Shown here: positions 12,138 to 26,339 of the stretch, piece after piece
How the letters are laid out: every line of letters begins with the position of its first letter
Position numbering within the stretch: the stretch's first letter is position 1
The notes under the pieces: model-generated
Told to the model about the DNA's origin: nothing
Database searches by the model: none
Seen by the model: only the letters and a program-made list of their open reading frames with translations
Made by a program: the position numbers and the translations under genes
Assembly (NCBI GenBank): GCA_026770705.1
Contig: JANJGN010000014.1
Location: forward strand, 126,356,001 to 126,420,000
From: Isurus oxyrinchus
Lineage: Eukaryota
Reading direction: 5' to 3'
Length of the DNA: 64,000 bases

Positions 12138-13183
12138 TACCTCTTTCAATGAGCCAACATTGACACAGTTGGCTGAATGTCCTCATTCTGTGCTGTATGA
12201 CTCATCGGGGTAATTTTAATCCCCCCCACAATCTGTGAGCCAGGACTGGGTTGAGTGTTAAATCACTAAGATTGATCCCAACCTGCTTCCATTTTAAATG
12301 CGGTGGGTTTAGGGGGGTGCGGGGTGAAAGTAACCACTCTGGGTCCATCATTATAAGATGCAAAATGAAGCTACATTCCTGATCAATTCAAATTTGTGCC
12401 AAAAAAATTGCCACTCCCTGCCGTGGCCTCTGAGGATCCGGCAGCTAGAGACATGCAGAAGCAGCTGGATCATGCAGGTAAATACTTTTTACAGTGTTGC
12501 TTGTGGGCCAGCAGGAGAAGTGGGACATTGGATGTTCAAAGATTAAATGACTTTGACTGAGAAGTTACCACAATAGAGGAGACTTTTTCTTGGCTCTGCA
12601 AGTGCTGAAAAATAAAATCTTTTTTATTACCAGTTAACCCAGTAGGTGGGAATGGGATTCGGGGAAACCTTGTTTTGGTTTTTCCTAGCAGGATGGCTTT
12701 GGCAACTCCTGCACACCACCATGACCGATTACAGGGAAAGACTTGAAGGCAAATTGCTGATGCACTTTCCTGACTGGCAGAGCTGTGAAGCGAAGGAAGA
12801 TGAGAAATTTTTGATTTTAACAAAGTTGAAGTCATGCAATATGTAACAATGAGACAACTGCCAAATATGTCAGAACAGAATTCGGGTAGAGCAAGGAACT
12901 GCTCAAGAATTAATTTTATTTCACAGACTTTTATATCGTAGCATTGTAACATTAGGATGATGTACCACGGGGAAACTCTGGGTTGTCATTTTTGATAAGT
13001 GGCTCCCTTGAGGTTATTTCAGATGCAAGCAATAAAGTGTAACACATACACAACAGTCAAAGCAGTCACAAATTCTGCAAAAAACAAAGTTGCCTATTCT
13101 AAATTTAACTTTCAAAGACTTCATCTGACTTCAGAGGCTAAAGGAAAAGAAGAATATTCCTACATTATGGAGATGATGATGGG

Positions 13184-13913
13184 GGGCAGGATATTTAGGT
13201 CTGTAGTGGGGTGCGATCGGTGGGCCCACAATGGGCTGGAAGACAGGCCGCCGCCCGTAATCAGCCCCTGACGGTCATTTCACGCTGGCTGGCCAATTAA
13301 CGGGCATCAAACGCACACTGAGAGCCTCAGCGCTGTCGGGTGGGATGGTGGGGTTGCGGGGGGTGGGGGGGGGGGTGGCGGGTGGCGTGGGAGGAGGGGG
13401 GGGGCCCCGATGTAAGCGGGGGCACGGGGTGAGCGCTGAATGAAAGGTCCCTGAAGGCAGTGAGCTGCCTCAGGCAGCTGAAGACTTTAAAGCCAATAAA
13501 TAAAGTTTGTAAAATCAAGAAAAAAACATGTCCTCGCATTACAATCAGTCACCTGAACATACACATGATGAAAATTCCATCAGTGGACTTTTATTTTGTT
13601 TTAATTTAATAACGGAAGCCTCATCCTGCTCTTGGATGAGGTTTCATGAAAAATGCAAAGTCCGCCTGGCAGATTCGCCCGTCAGCCAAATGTAAGGTTG
13701 GACGGTTCACAAAAAATTGGAGACAATGACAATTTAAATGACCATAAGAGGCCTCTCAATTGTTGGCAGGCGTGCTTTTTTGCGCGTGCCTGCCAACCGA
13801 CATATCACACGAGCGCAGGATGACATTGGGATGCTCACTCGATGTCATCCTGCGCAATTTCGCTTCTGATTGGGTCAGGCACGGGGCCACGCGCTGACCT
13901 AAAAATCCTGCCC
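13184..13913. mobile_element. Harbinger-type MITE
   Basis: TIRs GGGCAGGATATTTAGG / CCTAAAAATCCTGCCC; internal similarity to 14479-15135; TSD unclear. Confidence 0.8.
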
Positions 13914-14478
13914 CAGGAGTTAAAATCTTGACGATTTGAAATGTGGGAGGGCCAAATGACTTTCTGTCCACCTGAGGTTTTGGCTCCACCAATCATGCTC
14001 ACCTTTTAGATGTATCTCCTCTTTGTCTGTTGTCTGCTACAAGCACTTGCGGAGCAATACCCAATAAACAGGATGGACAAAATAGACATTATGAAAAGCC
14101 CCGAATGAATCTTCTAAGGGAGAAAGTATATAAGGGAAGAATAAAATCGGGAAATATTTGTGAACACTAACTATTATTTTTCTTTAGCCAAGGGATCAGA
14201 AGAATGAAAGCTTTTGACACTTGTCTACAGATTTAGCAGATTTGGTTCAGTGAATGAGCAGTGAACATTATTCAAAGAAGTGAAGGGTTCATGTAAATGT
14301 ATCTGAAGTGTTGTCAATTATGATGGGAAAAGAAGGTTTGTTAAAAAAAAAGCAAAGAGTAAGGACTAAACCAGCATTAAATGGCACCACTAGAACAATC
14401 TGGTAAAAAGTGAAGAACGAATCGGCTATTAAAAATGAGAAATTGCCGAGAAAGCTTTAAAATCCGAACAGAAATTAT

Positions 14479-15135
14479 GGGCAGAATTTTGCCCTTGGTC
14501 GGCAGACTTGGCAGAGGCATCAGGGGCTGTTGGGAAGCCAATTAAGGCCTGCCCGGCGTGTAACACGAGCAGCAGTGCTCAGCGCTGCCTGTGCGGGGAG
14601 GCGGGGGGGAGGTGGGTGGGCGGGCTGAGTGCGAACATCGCACCGACGCGCGACTGAGCCCTTCATAATCTCCCTGAGGCACAGAGCTGCCTCAGAGAGA
14701 TGAAAGCGTTGTTAAAGAAAGAAAATGTAGAAAATAAAAATGTAACAAAACAGGTACCCCCATGTAACTCTGTCACATGAGCAGCGACATTTTATTAATT
14801 CAATTTTAAATCATTCATTTTATCTTCATTTGCTTTGGAAAACCTCATCCCGTCCGTGGATGAGGTTTCCAAAAAATGCAAAGGCCACTTGCCCTTTTCG
14901 CCTGCCTGCTAACCGTTAGGTTGGACGGGCAGTGAAAAATTTAAGTTAACTGATTACTTAACGGCCTGAATAGGCTTTTTAATTGTCGGCAGGCACGCTG
15001 CTGGCTCTGGCGCGCGCCTGCTAACCAATCTATTGCGCAACTGCGCGTTGACATTGGCCCACTCAGCTGACGTCATTTCACACTCAAGCAGGTCGAGCAA
15101 GTGCCCGCCCGCTTGCCCAGTGAAAATTTCTGCCC
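14479..15135. mobile_element. Harbinger-type MITE
   Basis: TIRs GGGCAGAATTTT / AAAATTTCTGCCC; 3-bp TSD TAT on both sides. Confidence 0.88.
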
Positions 15136-15871
15136 TATAAAGACTTTGTACCAATCAACTCTGAGTCAATACAAACAAATTTTCTCTTCAGATTTTCCTA
15201 CTCCTTCAGATTTTCAACTTGTGTTGTTGATCGGGTCAACACCTTTCATCTTTTAGTCAAACTGCCCAGCTTGCAGCATTTAGGCTATCACCGAAAAACC
15301 CTTTATACAACTTTTACATCCAAATAGGCGAATTGGCATAGTTTTTCTTCAATGTACTTTCAGGTTATGGAAGAAAACTAGAGATTGAGGAGATCTGTTT
15401 CTGATGTTTTATTCAAAATGTCAAGGTCTCAAATTTCTGCTGGCGAGGGTAAAAAGCTTAATTTCCCCAAAAGTGAGCCCAGGATTTGGGGCAAAACCCA
15501 GTTACAATGGAATTAATTTTGAGTTGACCTGACCTGTTAAATTCCAATAAGATGGACCACACTTTCCACTGTTCTCTGCACTGTATAAGAACAAATTGAG
15601 ACACAGCTCCTGCGTCTTTGAAATGCCTGTTGGCATTTTTTGGTGGTGCTGGATGAGAGAGGAGATGATTGGTAGCCCATCAAGAGCATTCCCTGCTTCT
15701 AATATAGCTGTGGCATTTTATATATCTCCTGGAGCAAGCAGGCGGGTGACAGTTTAATATCTCCTTTGAAAGACTGTATCTTCAACAATACACTAGTCCT
15801 TCATTACTATGCTGAAGTATTAGCCTAATCTACTCTATCAAGTCTGCAAAACTCTTGGGTAGATCTCTGGT

Positions 15872-16475
15872 CATAAGAACATAAGAATTAGGAGCAGGAG
15901 TATGCAATTCAGCCCCTCGAGACTGCCCCCCCATTCAATACGATCATGGCTGATTTCATTTCGGCCTCAAACCCAATTTCCCACCCTCTCCCCATAACCT
16001 TTCAACTCGTTGCTAATTAAAAATCTGTCTATCTCCTTGTTAAATTTATTCAGCGTCCCAGCATCCACTGCACTCTGAGGTAGTGAATTCCACAGATTCA
16101 CGACCCTTTGAGAAAAGTAATTCCTCCTCATCACTGATTTAAATCTACGACCGCTTAGCCTAAGATTATGGCCTCTCATTCTAGAATGCCCCACAAGGGG
16201 AAACATCCACTCCACATCTACTTTGTCTATCCCCTTTAACATCTTACCTACCTCAAGTAGATCTCCTCTCAACCGTCTAAACTCTAGCGAGTAAAGGCCT
16301 AAACTGCTCAATCTCTCCTCATAAGACAAGCCCTGCATCTCTGGATTCAATCTAGTGAACCTCCTCTGAATCGTCTCCAATGCAACTACATCCTCCCTCA
16401 AGTAAGGGAACCAAAAATGTGCACAGTACTCCAGCTGCGGTCTCACCAATGCCTTGTACAGTTGCAACAACACTT
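15872..16475 (-). mobile_element. CR1 LINE 3' fragment
   Basis: LYKALVRPQLEYCAHFW...YFSQRVVNLWNSLP; (CATAAGAA)n tail. Confidence 0.92.
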
Positions 16476-16553
16476 CATGTTGGACTGTCCTCTGATCCTA
16501 ATAAACCACATTAAGGGTTGAAAAATCTGCAGAGATTTCGATAATAAAATATT

Positions 16554-16848
16554 GCTAAAAAATAGAAACATGTTGTTGAAGCTTTTCATCTTGCACTCAT
16601 CAGGATAGATTTGCAAGAATATCAGATCTATAGGGAACAAGTGTGTGTACTGCATGAGAAGACAGTGCTGATTTGTAGGCAGGAGGGCTCTGATTGGTAG
16701 AGTCTGCTCGCATACCAATCAGCAGCCTCTTCTCATGCAGCATAAATTCTTGCAAATCTGTTCTGTTGAGTAGAAGACAAAAAGCTTTGACAGCATGTCT
16801 CTTTTCTCAGCAACACTCAAGACCTGTACTACCAAGTGACTATTATTG
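16554..16848. mobile_element. Inverted pair of Poseidon/Penelope-type PLE pLTR ends with two hammerhead-like motifs
   Basis: Minus strand CTGATGA-GTGCAAGAT-GAAA-AGCT-TC near 16575-16605; plus strand degenerate copy near 16760-16792; 10-bp TSD ATAAAATATT at 16544-16553 and 16849-16858. Confidence 0.75.
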
Positions 16849-17017
16849 ATAAAATATTTAATATTTGGGTTTAAAGTTCAGTCGCAACTTTCAGTAAAGA
16901 ACACGTGTATGAACTTCAGTTACTTGTTATATCAACAAAGATATCAAACTGTATGTGTTTAATTTAGATTGTTGTTGGATATTAACATGTGGCATCCTTC
17001 TTCCTGATTAAATCCAT

Positions 17018-17699
17018 GGCTAGGATTTTCCCCTCAGCGATTTGGGGGCGGGGCCCGCTTTCCGAGGGGAAAATGACGCGGGATGATGTTGTGAGGAACC
17101 CCTGACATCATCCCAGTCCCTTTAAATATTCACGAAGGTGGGCAGACAGCTAATTTCGCTGTCGGCCTGCCGACCTGTCAATGGCCAATTAAGGCCATTA
17201 ACAGACTAATTAACATTATTAAACACCCCGCCTGGCCAACCTTAAGGCTGGCGGGCAGGCCAGGAGCCCCAGCGGGCTGCAGATTATTAATGAAACTTCA
17301 TCCACTGGCGGGATGAAGTTTCATGTCCGTTTTTTAAACATTCAATAAATTTTATGTGTTTATTATTAACATGTCCCATCTCGTGTGACATTATCACACA
17401 AGGGGGATATGTTAATAATTTTAATATTTATCTATTTTTAGAGTTTACTTACCTGTCACGAATCTCCCTGAGACAGGACTTTGCCTCAGGGAGCAGTGCG
17501 CTCTTTGGCACGCATGTGTGAAAGAGCGCACTTTGACAGATGGGGATTTCCTCCCACCCCCGCCCCCTTCCCCGCATAGCGCCGCCCGCCGGGCAGGCCG
17601 CTGGGTGGGCTTTAAGTGGCCCGCCCACTCAAAATGGCGGCCGGCCCCATTTCGGCAGTGGGGTTCGGCTGCCCGCCAGCCAAGGGCTAAATTCTGCCC
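17018..17699. mobile_element. Harbinger-type MITE
   Basis: Termini GGCTAGGATTTT / TAAATTCTGCCC; TSD CAT on both sides. Confidence 0.85.
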
Positions 17700-18323
17700 C
17701 ATGTGTGGGGGAGGTCCTCATTGAAAGGTGAAATTTCAAAGCCTTATAGGAATTGTGGAATCGCTGTTATCACTACTGAACAAAATTATAAAAGGATTGC
17801 TGTTGACCAGGGTCTTGGCTTAAATGAATAAGTCATCACAATATAACTAAATTAAGAGTAATCGTTTTGAGTTTTACCCTTATCAACTTGCGTTAGTATG
17901 TCTTATATTAAGTTATCAAAGTCCCACCCATTTGATAAAATACTTTGTTGTGCTATCTTTAACAAAGGTGCAAATAAATATCAAGGCAAGCCAATAGAAA
18001 TAAGAGTGATGATCCATTTTCATTTGAATGTTCAAAGAGCATTTAATTGCTGTTTAAATATAGGTCGAATGATGAAGAGTATTTCTTTGACACATTACAG
18101 AATTTCTACAGCAGATGTGGAAGAAAACTACTGCAATTTATTTCAATAATTACACATGCTAACTGAACATGCCGTTCCCAAATGAAAATTCAGTTGAAGA
18201 TGCTGGTTTTTGGATAAAATAATCATTTGATGCTTTGGTAGTTCATGTGGTTAATAAAGATCCCATAATCTCAGCAACTTGCATTCATATAGCATCTTTA
18301 ACATAGAGTAGTCCCAAAGCTCT

Positions 18324-18552
18324 TTGAATCTATGGAATTCATTGCCACAGAAGGCTGTGGAGGCCAGGTCATTGAGTGTATTTAAGACCGAGACAGATAG
18401 GTTCTTGATTGGTAAGGGGATCAAAGTTACAAGGAGAAACCGGGAGAATGGGGTTGAGAAACTTACCAGCCATGATTGAATGGTGGAACAGGCTCAATGG
18501 GCCGAATGGCCTAATTTCTGCTCCTATGTCTTATGGTCTTATGGTCTTATGG
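18324..18552 (+). mobile_element. CR1 LINE 3' tail
   Basis: NLWNSLPQKAVEA coding remnant, GGGCCGAATGGCCT motif, (CTTATGGT)n tail. Confidence 0.85.
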
Positions 18553-18617
18553 CTCATGACAGGAGAGTTAACAAATAAAATTTGACACCAATCCTCATAA
18601 AGAGACATTAGGTCAGT

Positions 18618-18745
18618 TTTCTGAATAAGTGCCATTGACCTGAAATGGTGACTTTATTTGGCTCTCCACAGATGCTGCCTGACCTGCTAAGTATTTCCAG
18701 CAGTTTTATTTTTATTTCAGAATTCCAGCATTTCCAGTATTTTGA
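18618..18745 (+). mobile_element. Old PLE pLTR 3' end
   Basis: CTGAATAA...GACCTGAAA hammerhead remnant followed by CAGATGCTGCCTGACCTGCT...TTCCAGCAT. Confidence 0.7.
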
Positions 18746-18814
18746 GTTGGCTCCAGTCAAGTGACCAGAGGCTTGGCCTAAAAGGAGCATTTTGAATGAA
18801 AAGAAAGAGGTAGA

Positions 18815-20872
18815 AATGGGGAGGGTACAGGCTCAGTATGTTGCCTCTGGGGTGATAGGAAGGAGTAACAAGCCCAGAGAACCATGGATGACCAGAGATA
18901 TTCAGGCTATGATGAGAAGGAAAAGAGAGGCTTTTAGCAGGTACAAGGAAAGCAAATCAGCAGAGGCATTACTGGAGTACAGACAGTGCAGGGTGGAGCT
19001 TAAGAAAGCAATTAGGAGAGCAAATTAGGAGATATGAGAAAGTTTTGGCTGGTAAAAGTAGGGAAAATCCCAAGATATTCTATAAGTATATCAATGGGAA
19101 GAGGTTAACCAGGGAAAGAGTAGGGCCCATTAGGGACCAAGAGGGCAATCAATGGGTGGAGCCAGAGAACATCACTAGAGTGTCAAATGAATACTTCACG
19201 TCCGTCTTCACCCAAGAGAATCAGGATGAAGGTATCGAACTCGAGGAGAAAGACTGCGAAGATCTTAAGCAAATTGATATAGGGAGTGACAAGGTATTGG
19301 AGGTGTTGACAGGCTTAAAAAAGGACAATCTCCAGGGCTGGATGATTTGTGACCCAGACTGCTGAGGGAGGCAAGGCAGGAGATTGCAGGCGCTCTGACC
19401 CGAATTTTTAATTCCTCTCTGGCCACGGGGGAGGTGCCAGTAGACTGGAGAATGTGGTTCCGCTATTTAAGAAACGTTCTAGAGATAAGCCAAGGAACTA
19501 CAAGCCAGTGAGTCTCACATCAGTGGTAGGGAAACTATTGGAGAAAGTTCTGAAGGAGAGTATCTATCTCCACTTGGAGAGGCAAGGTTTGATCAGGGAT
19601 AGTCAGCATGGCTTTGTCAGAGGGAGGTCATGCCTGACAAATTTGAATTTTTTGAGGAGATGACCAGGTGTGTAGATGAGGGTAGTGCACTTGATGTAGT
19701 TTATATGGATTTCAGCAAAGCCTTTGACAAGGTCCCACATGGGAGACTTATAAAGAAGGCAAATGCACATGGGATACAGGGTAATTTGATAAGGTGGATT
19801 TAAAATTGGCTTAGTTGTAGGAGGAAGAAGGTGATGACAGAAGGATGCTTTAGTGACTGGAAGCCAGTGTCCAGTGGCATACCACAGGGATCTGTGCTGG
19901 GTCCCCTAATATTTGTTATTTATATAAACAACATAGATGACTATGTGGGGGGTAGAATTAGTAAGTTTACAGATGAGACAAAGATTGGCCAGGTGATTAA
20001 CAGTGAGGTTGAGTGTTTTGGGCTACAGGAAGATATAGACGGGGCGGTCAAATGGGCGGATAAGTCACAGATGGAATTTAACCCTGGAAAGTGTGAGGTA
20101 ATACACTTTGGAAGGAATAACTTGACAAGGAAGTATTCAATGAATGGCATGACACTAGGAAGCTCTGAGGAACAAAGGGATCTTGGCGTGAGTGTCCATA
20201 GATCACTGAAGGTGGAGGGGCACGTCAGTGGGGTGGTGAAAAAGGCTTATGGGACACTTGCCTTTATCAGTCGAGGCATAGATTATAAAAGTAGGGAGGT
20301 CGTATTGTATAGAACTTTGGTGAGGCCACAGCTGGAGTACTGTGTGCAGTTCAGGTCACCACATTATTGGAAGGATGTGATTACACTGGAGGGGGTGCAG
20401 AGGAGATTCACCAGGATGTTGCCTGGGATGAAACATTTAAGTTATGAAGAGAGGTTGGATAGATTTGGGTTGTTTTTGTTGGAGCAGAGAAGGGGCGACC
20501 TGATGGAGGTGTACAAGATTATGAGGGGCATGAACAGGGTGAATAGGGAACAGCTGTTCCCCTTAGTTGAAGGCTCAGTCACAAGGGGCCATAAATTCAA
20601 AGTGAGGGACAGGAGGTTTAGGGGGGATGTGAGGAAAACCTTTTTACCCAGAGGGTGGTGACTGTCTGGAATGCGTTGCTTGGTATGGTGGTGGAGGCAG
20701 GTTGCCTCACATCTTTTAAAAAGTACCAGGATGAGCACTTGGCATGTCATAACATTCAAGGCTGTGGGCCAAGTGCTGGTAAATGGGATTAAGTAGGTAG
20801 GTCAGGTGTTTCTCACGTGTCAGCGCAGACTCGATGGGCCAAAGGGCCTCATCTGCGATCCTGTGTGATTCT
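18815..20872 (+). mobile_element. CR1 LINE, 5'-truncated ORF2 (RT)
   Basis: PWMT, NPKIFYKY, NYKPVSLTS, QHGFVRGRSCLTNL, DFSKAFD, GIPQGSVLGP, KFTDETK (FADD); stops and frameshifts. Confidence 0.95.
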
Positions 20873-21297
20873 GTAGAGAAGATTAGTGAGGGAACTCCAA
20901 AGCTCAGACCTCAGTAGCTGACAAGACGACTGACAATGATGGAGCAATGAAATTCATGCATGTGCAAGAGGTCCGGATTGTGGGAAGGCAGAGGTAAGAA
21001 CATAAGACTGTTTGATCCTTTAAACATGCTCCATCATTCAATAAGGCCATAACAGAACAATAAGAAAGAAGGACAAGAGTAGGCCATTTGGCCCTTTCTT
21101 ACCTTAGCTATGCCTTACTGCACTATCAGCATGTTGCTTAATTCTTTAGTATCCAAAAACCTATCAAGCTGTGTCTTGGATATCCTCAACATTGAAACAT
21201 CCACATCTCACTGAGGTAGAGAATTCAAATTATTCACAACCCTTTGAGTGAAAAGTTTTCTCCTTGTCTTGGTCCTAAGTCTCTTATTCTGAGACCA

Positions 21298-23520
21298 TTT
21301 TTTAATCATTCACGGGATGTAGGCTGGGCCAGCATTTATTGCCCATCCCAAATTGCCCCCTAGAAGGTGGTGGTGAGTTTCCTTCTTGAACCGTTGCTGT
21401 CCCCCCACACCCACAGTGCTGCAAGGGAGGGAGTTCCATGATTTTGACCCAGCGACAGTGAAGGAACAGTGATTTATTTCCAAGTCAGGATGGTGTGTGG
21501 CTTGGAGAGGAACTTCCAGGTGATGATGTTCCCATGTATCTGCTGCCTTTGTCCTTCTAGGTGGTAGTGGTCGTGCGTTTGAAAGGTGCTGCCTAAGGAA
21601 CCTTTGTGAGCTTCTACAGTGCATCCCTTATAGATGGTACACACTGCTGCCACTGTTTGTCGTTGGTGGAGGGAGTGAATGTTTGTGGATGGCATGTCAA
21701 TCAAGCAGGCTGCTTTGTCCTGGATGGAGTCAAACTTCTTAAGTGCTTTTGGAGCTACACTCACCCAAGCAAGTGGAGAGTATTCCATCATATTCCTGAC
21801 TTGTGCCTTGTAGATGGAGGACAGATTTTGGGGAGTCAGGAGGTGAGTTACTCACTACAGGATTCATAGCCTCTGACCCCTGCTCTTGTAGCCACAGTAT
21901 TGTAGCTAGTCCAGCTCAGTTTCTGGTCAAGGGTAACCTCCAGGATGTTGATAGTGGGGGATTCAGAGATGGTAATGCCATTGAATATCAAGGGACAATA
22001 GCGAGTTTCCCTTTTGTTGGAGATTTTCATTGCCTGGCACTTTTGTGGCATAGATATTACTTAACACTTGTCAAACCATGCCTGGATATTGTTCAGGTCT
22101 TGCTGCATTTGATCATAGACTGCTTCAGTATGAAGAGTTGTGAAAGTTGTTGAACATTGTGCAATAATCAGCGAACATCCCAATTCTGATCTTATAGAAG
22201 AAAGGTTATTGATGAAGCAGCTGAAGATGGTTGGGCCTAGGAACTCCTGCTGTGATGTCCTGGAACTGAGATGATTGACCTCCAACAACCACAACCATCT
22301 TCCTTTGTGCCAGGTATGACTCCAACCAATGGAGTGATTTCCCCCTGATTCCCATTGACTCCAGTTTTGAGAGGACTCCTTGATGCTAACCTCAGTCAAG
22401 TGCTGCCTTGATGTCAAGGGCAATTACTCACAGCTTACCTCTGGAGTTCAGCTGTTTTATCCATGTTTGAACCAAAGCTGTAATGAGCTCATGAGCTGAG
22501 TGGTCCAGGTGGAACCCAAACAGAGCACCAGTGAGCAAGTTATGCAAAGCAAGTGCTGCTTGATAGCATTGTTAATGACCCCATCCATCACTTTACTGGT
22601 GATCGAGAGTAGACTGATGGGGCAGTAATTGGATGGGTTGGATTTGTTCTGCTTTTTGTTTACAGGACATACCTGGACAATTTCCCACATTGCCAGATAG
22701 ATACCAGTGTTTTGCTGTACTGGAAAAGCTTGGCTAGGGTTATGGCACGTTCTGGAGCACAAATCTTCAGTATTATTGCCAGAATATCATCAGGGCCCAA
22801 AGCCTTTGCCATATCCAGTGCCTCCAGCTATTTCTTGATATCATTTGGAGTGAATAAAATTGGTTGAAGACTGGCATCTGTGATGCTAGAGACCCCTAGA
22901 GGAGGCCAAGGTGGATCATCCACTCAGCACTTCTGACTGAGGACTGTTACAAACGCTTCAGCCTTATCTTTTGCACTGATGTGCTGGGCTACTCTATCAT
23001 TGAGGATGGTGATATTTGTGGAGCCCCCTCCTCCAATGAGTTATTTAATTCTCCACCACCTGGATGTAGCAGGGCGGCAGAGCTTAGATCTGATTCATCG
23101 GTTGTGGATTTGCTTAGCTTTGTCTATCGCTTGCTGCTTATGCTGTTTGTCACGCAAATAGTCCTGCGTTGTAGCTTCACCAGATAGACATATCATTTTT
23201 AAGTTTGCCTGGTGCTTCTTCTGGCATGCCTTTCTTCACTATTCATTGAACCAGGGTTGACCTGGTTCCCTAAGACTCCATGGGGTCTGGAGTTGATGTT
23301 GAGGACTCCCAGGGCAACTCTCTCCCAACTGTATGCCACTGTGCCACCACCTCTGTTGGGCTGCCCTGCTGGTGGGACAGTACATACCCAGGGATGGTGA
23401 TGTCATTGGATATGATCCGTGATTAGACAATGTAAGGCTGTTGCTTGACTAGTCTGGGAGACAGCTCTCCCAATTTTGGCACTAGCTCCCAAATGCTCGT
23501 AAGGAAGACTTTGCAGGGTC
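21298..23520 (-). mobile_element. Non-LTR retrotransposon (APE-RT LINE, clade not firmly assigned), decayed
   Basis: SNPSNYCPISLLS, LGPTIFSCFIN, MEYSPLAW...DSIQDKAACLI; 3' tail shared with the SINE family. Nested in an older CR1 (20995-21295 and 23815-24480). Confidence 0.85.
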
Positions 23521-23589
23521 AATTTCATGTAGCCCATGGAGCCCATCGAGGTCAATTCCACGTCACCCATCCGATTTCATTGATAGAAC

Positions 23590-23812
23590 AGAGGTGAGTA
23601 AAACACAGGACAGCAGATTTCCTTCCCCTAAAAGGATTCATGAACCAGATAGGTTTTTGCAACAATCAACAATTAGACTTTTAATTCCAGATTGTTACTT
23701 GAATTTAACTTTCACTATCTGCCGTGGTCAGATTCAAACCTGGGTGCCTAGAGCATTATCATGGTTTCCTGGATTACTAATCCAGTGACAACACCGTACG
23801 GCACTGCCTCAC
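23590..23812 (-). mobile_element. tRNA-derived SINE, 5' part
   Basis: Reverse match to the head of 33425-33820. Confidence 0.7.
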
Positions 23813-23814
23813 CC

Positions 23815-24480
23815 TGTATCTCCAGCATCTACATTGTCAGGTCTCTTAAGGATTTTATATGTTTCAATCAGATCACCCCTCATTCTTCAAAATTCTAGGG
23901 AAAATATCACTGGTCTACTCAATCTCTCCTTATGGGGCAACTCCTTTATCCTAGGAATTACACTTTTGAACATTCATTGCTTTCTCTCTAAGGCAAGTAT
24001 ACACTTTGTTAGGCAAGCTGTCCAAAGATGTATGAAATACTCCAGTTGTGGCTCACCGGGCCCTATATAGTTACAGTAAGGTTTATTTACTCAATACACC
24101 AATCCCTTTGTAATAAAGGCTATACAAGGATACCAGGTCCCTTTGAATACCAACATTCTACAGTCTCTCAACATTTAAAACTGTTCTGCTTTTCTATTTT
24201 TCCTATCAATGTGGATAATTTCACATCTTTCTGCATTATATTCCATCTGCCAGGTTCTTGCCCACTCACTTAACTCATCTAAAGTTGTTTGCAGCCTCTT
24301 GCCTTCCTCACAGCTTACTTTCTCACCTAACGCTGTATCATCAGCAAACTTGGATACAGTACACTCTGTCCCCTCACCCAAGTTATGGGATATAAGATTA
24401 TAAGCAGTCGAGACAAAAGCACTGATTTTCATGGTACCCTAGTAGGCACATCCTGCCAATTGGAAAATGACCCACTTCTT
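23815..24480 (-). mobile_element. Old CR1 LINE fragment
   Basis: VSKFADDTALG...LSEWARTWQMEYNAERC. Confidence 0.85.
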
Positions 24481-24767
24481 CAGAGGGTTGTAGAGCTGGA
24501 AAAGATAGAGATGGGATGAGACTACACTAACAGGACAGATCACCATTTCTTCCTCAACCTAAGTTATTAAAAGCAGATTAACTGATTTCATTGTTATTTG
24601 TGATATCCTGGCTGGACCATCCCACGTGTACAGGGTTTCCATGCATTTCCAGCAAAGTAAAGCTGATGGAGCAGCAGCAACTAGAAGAAATCTACAGGCC
24701 CTTATTGCATGCACAACGACCATATTTCGTAAGAAGTTCTTCATTGCATGGGAAGGGCTTTCCTTCC

Positions 24768-25225
24768 TAAAAACAGAAAATGCTGGAGACACTCAGCATG
24801 TCTGGCAGCATCTGCGGAGAGAGAAACCGAGTTAACGGATGAGGCCTGTAACCTTTCATCAGAACTGGGAAAAGTTTGAAACCTCATTGGATCCGAGCAA
24901 GTGAATGGGCAAGGGTGAGAAGAAGAAAAGGGAAGTTCCTTGATAAGGTGGAGAGCAAGTGAGATGGCATGACAGAAGTTTTCATAGTTCAAGGCTAAAG
25001 GGAGGGTAAATAGTCCAAGCGAAAGACAAAAGACATGTCTAAAGGAGGTGTGAATGGTAGGGTCCTGAAGGGCTGCGGTTCAAAAGCAAAGGAAACAAAA
25101 AGGAAACAAAAGAGGAAAAACAAACCGACAAAGAAACACAAAACAGAACGGGGAAAGGGGTTAGCATCTAAAGTCCGGAAGTCTATAGAGTGCCCAGTCG
25201 TAAGATAAGGCTCAGTTCCTCAAGC
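24768..25225 (-). mobile_element. Old PLE 3' end
   Basis: AAAACAGAAAATGCTGG...TCTGGCAGCATCTG; CTGATGA on the minus strand near 24855. Confidence 0.7.
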
Positions 25226-26339
25226 TTGTGTCAAACTGTCCAGTCCACTCCCCGTATCACTGCAACAAAGGAACATGTTTACTAAAGTTGTCAAGCTGCA
25301 TACACTCCCATCTTTCTGTTGGAATGAAAAGGAAGGGAGGCTTCTTGTGGGGGAGCTTTGGAGAATCAAGGAAATCCACTCGTTCCTTTCATTTTTTACT
25401 TATTCTCCACAAAGGCAAAATAAAAATTGCCACAATTCCTATGGCCTGTACTGTTTTACAGCAATCTGCTTTGCAGCGTATTGTTACATAATTGAAACTG
25501 TTCAACTGATAGTGTTGCTTCAAATAACAACAATAACCCTTGAAGCTTTGCTTCCCAACCCTATCAAGCCACATATTGATCTTCTGCAGAGATAACAATC
25601 CATGCAGCTTCAAATAATAAAATGAGCTCATTAATTGATTAAAGAAAGCCTTTTGATACGTTATGCATAATTGTAATGGTAAGTGAACTAATGGCTTCAG
25701 TCCCACCTGGGATGTATACAGGATGTTAACTTGCTGTTCCTCTTTCATTATTACGGTTTGGGATATCATCTACCTTCCATCCCGATGGCATTGGTAACCC
25801 ATTCCCTGGTACCTCTAGATATAACACAACTTCTGAATGATGATTTCCCCACTGCCCAACACAGGCTTAATGCCAAAACTCAAAAATCTTATGGTCCAGA
25901 GAGAAACTGAATTCCAAAATGAGCCAACTGACATCCTTCACTGTCAGCAGCAGATGGTTGGCTAGTGTCAACAGATGTAAGAAGGAAAAAATTTGAATAA
26001 TCCACAACTGTAAGCCTTTACCCTGTGAGCACTGGGAAAGGTCAAGTTTCAGGATTTTCTTCAGCAAGGGTAATAATTGCAAAGGGTATACACGAGCAAA
26101 AATCTGTAGACGCAGGTGTTTGTTCCGAGATTTTTTTTTGGCATACCTTACCCCTCTGTGGCTGTGTTGTAGAATATGATTTACAACTTTTAAAGCAAAC
26201 ACATCATGCTGCGTTATCATCTACTTGGAATAAAGGGACCCAGTGGTATAGGAGGCATTGCAAACATCTACAAAGGTCAGTGGATGTTATTGCTTGAGTG
26301 AATACAGCTTGAGTAGCAGAGAAACATCACATTTTAGCA

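Noticed and set aside
25228-26330. About 1.1 kb of non-repeat-looking DNA with several 80-126 aa ORFs
   Set aside because: No recognisable domain in the frames I read; many stops. A faint resemblance to DNA-transposase segments is too weak to call.
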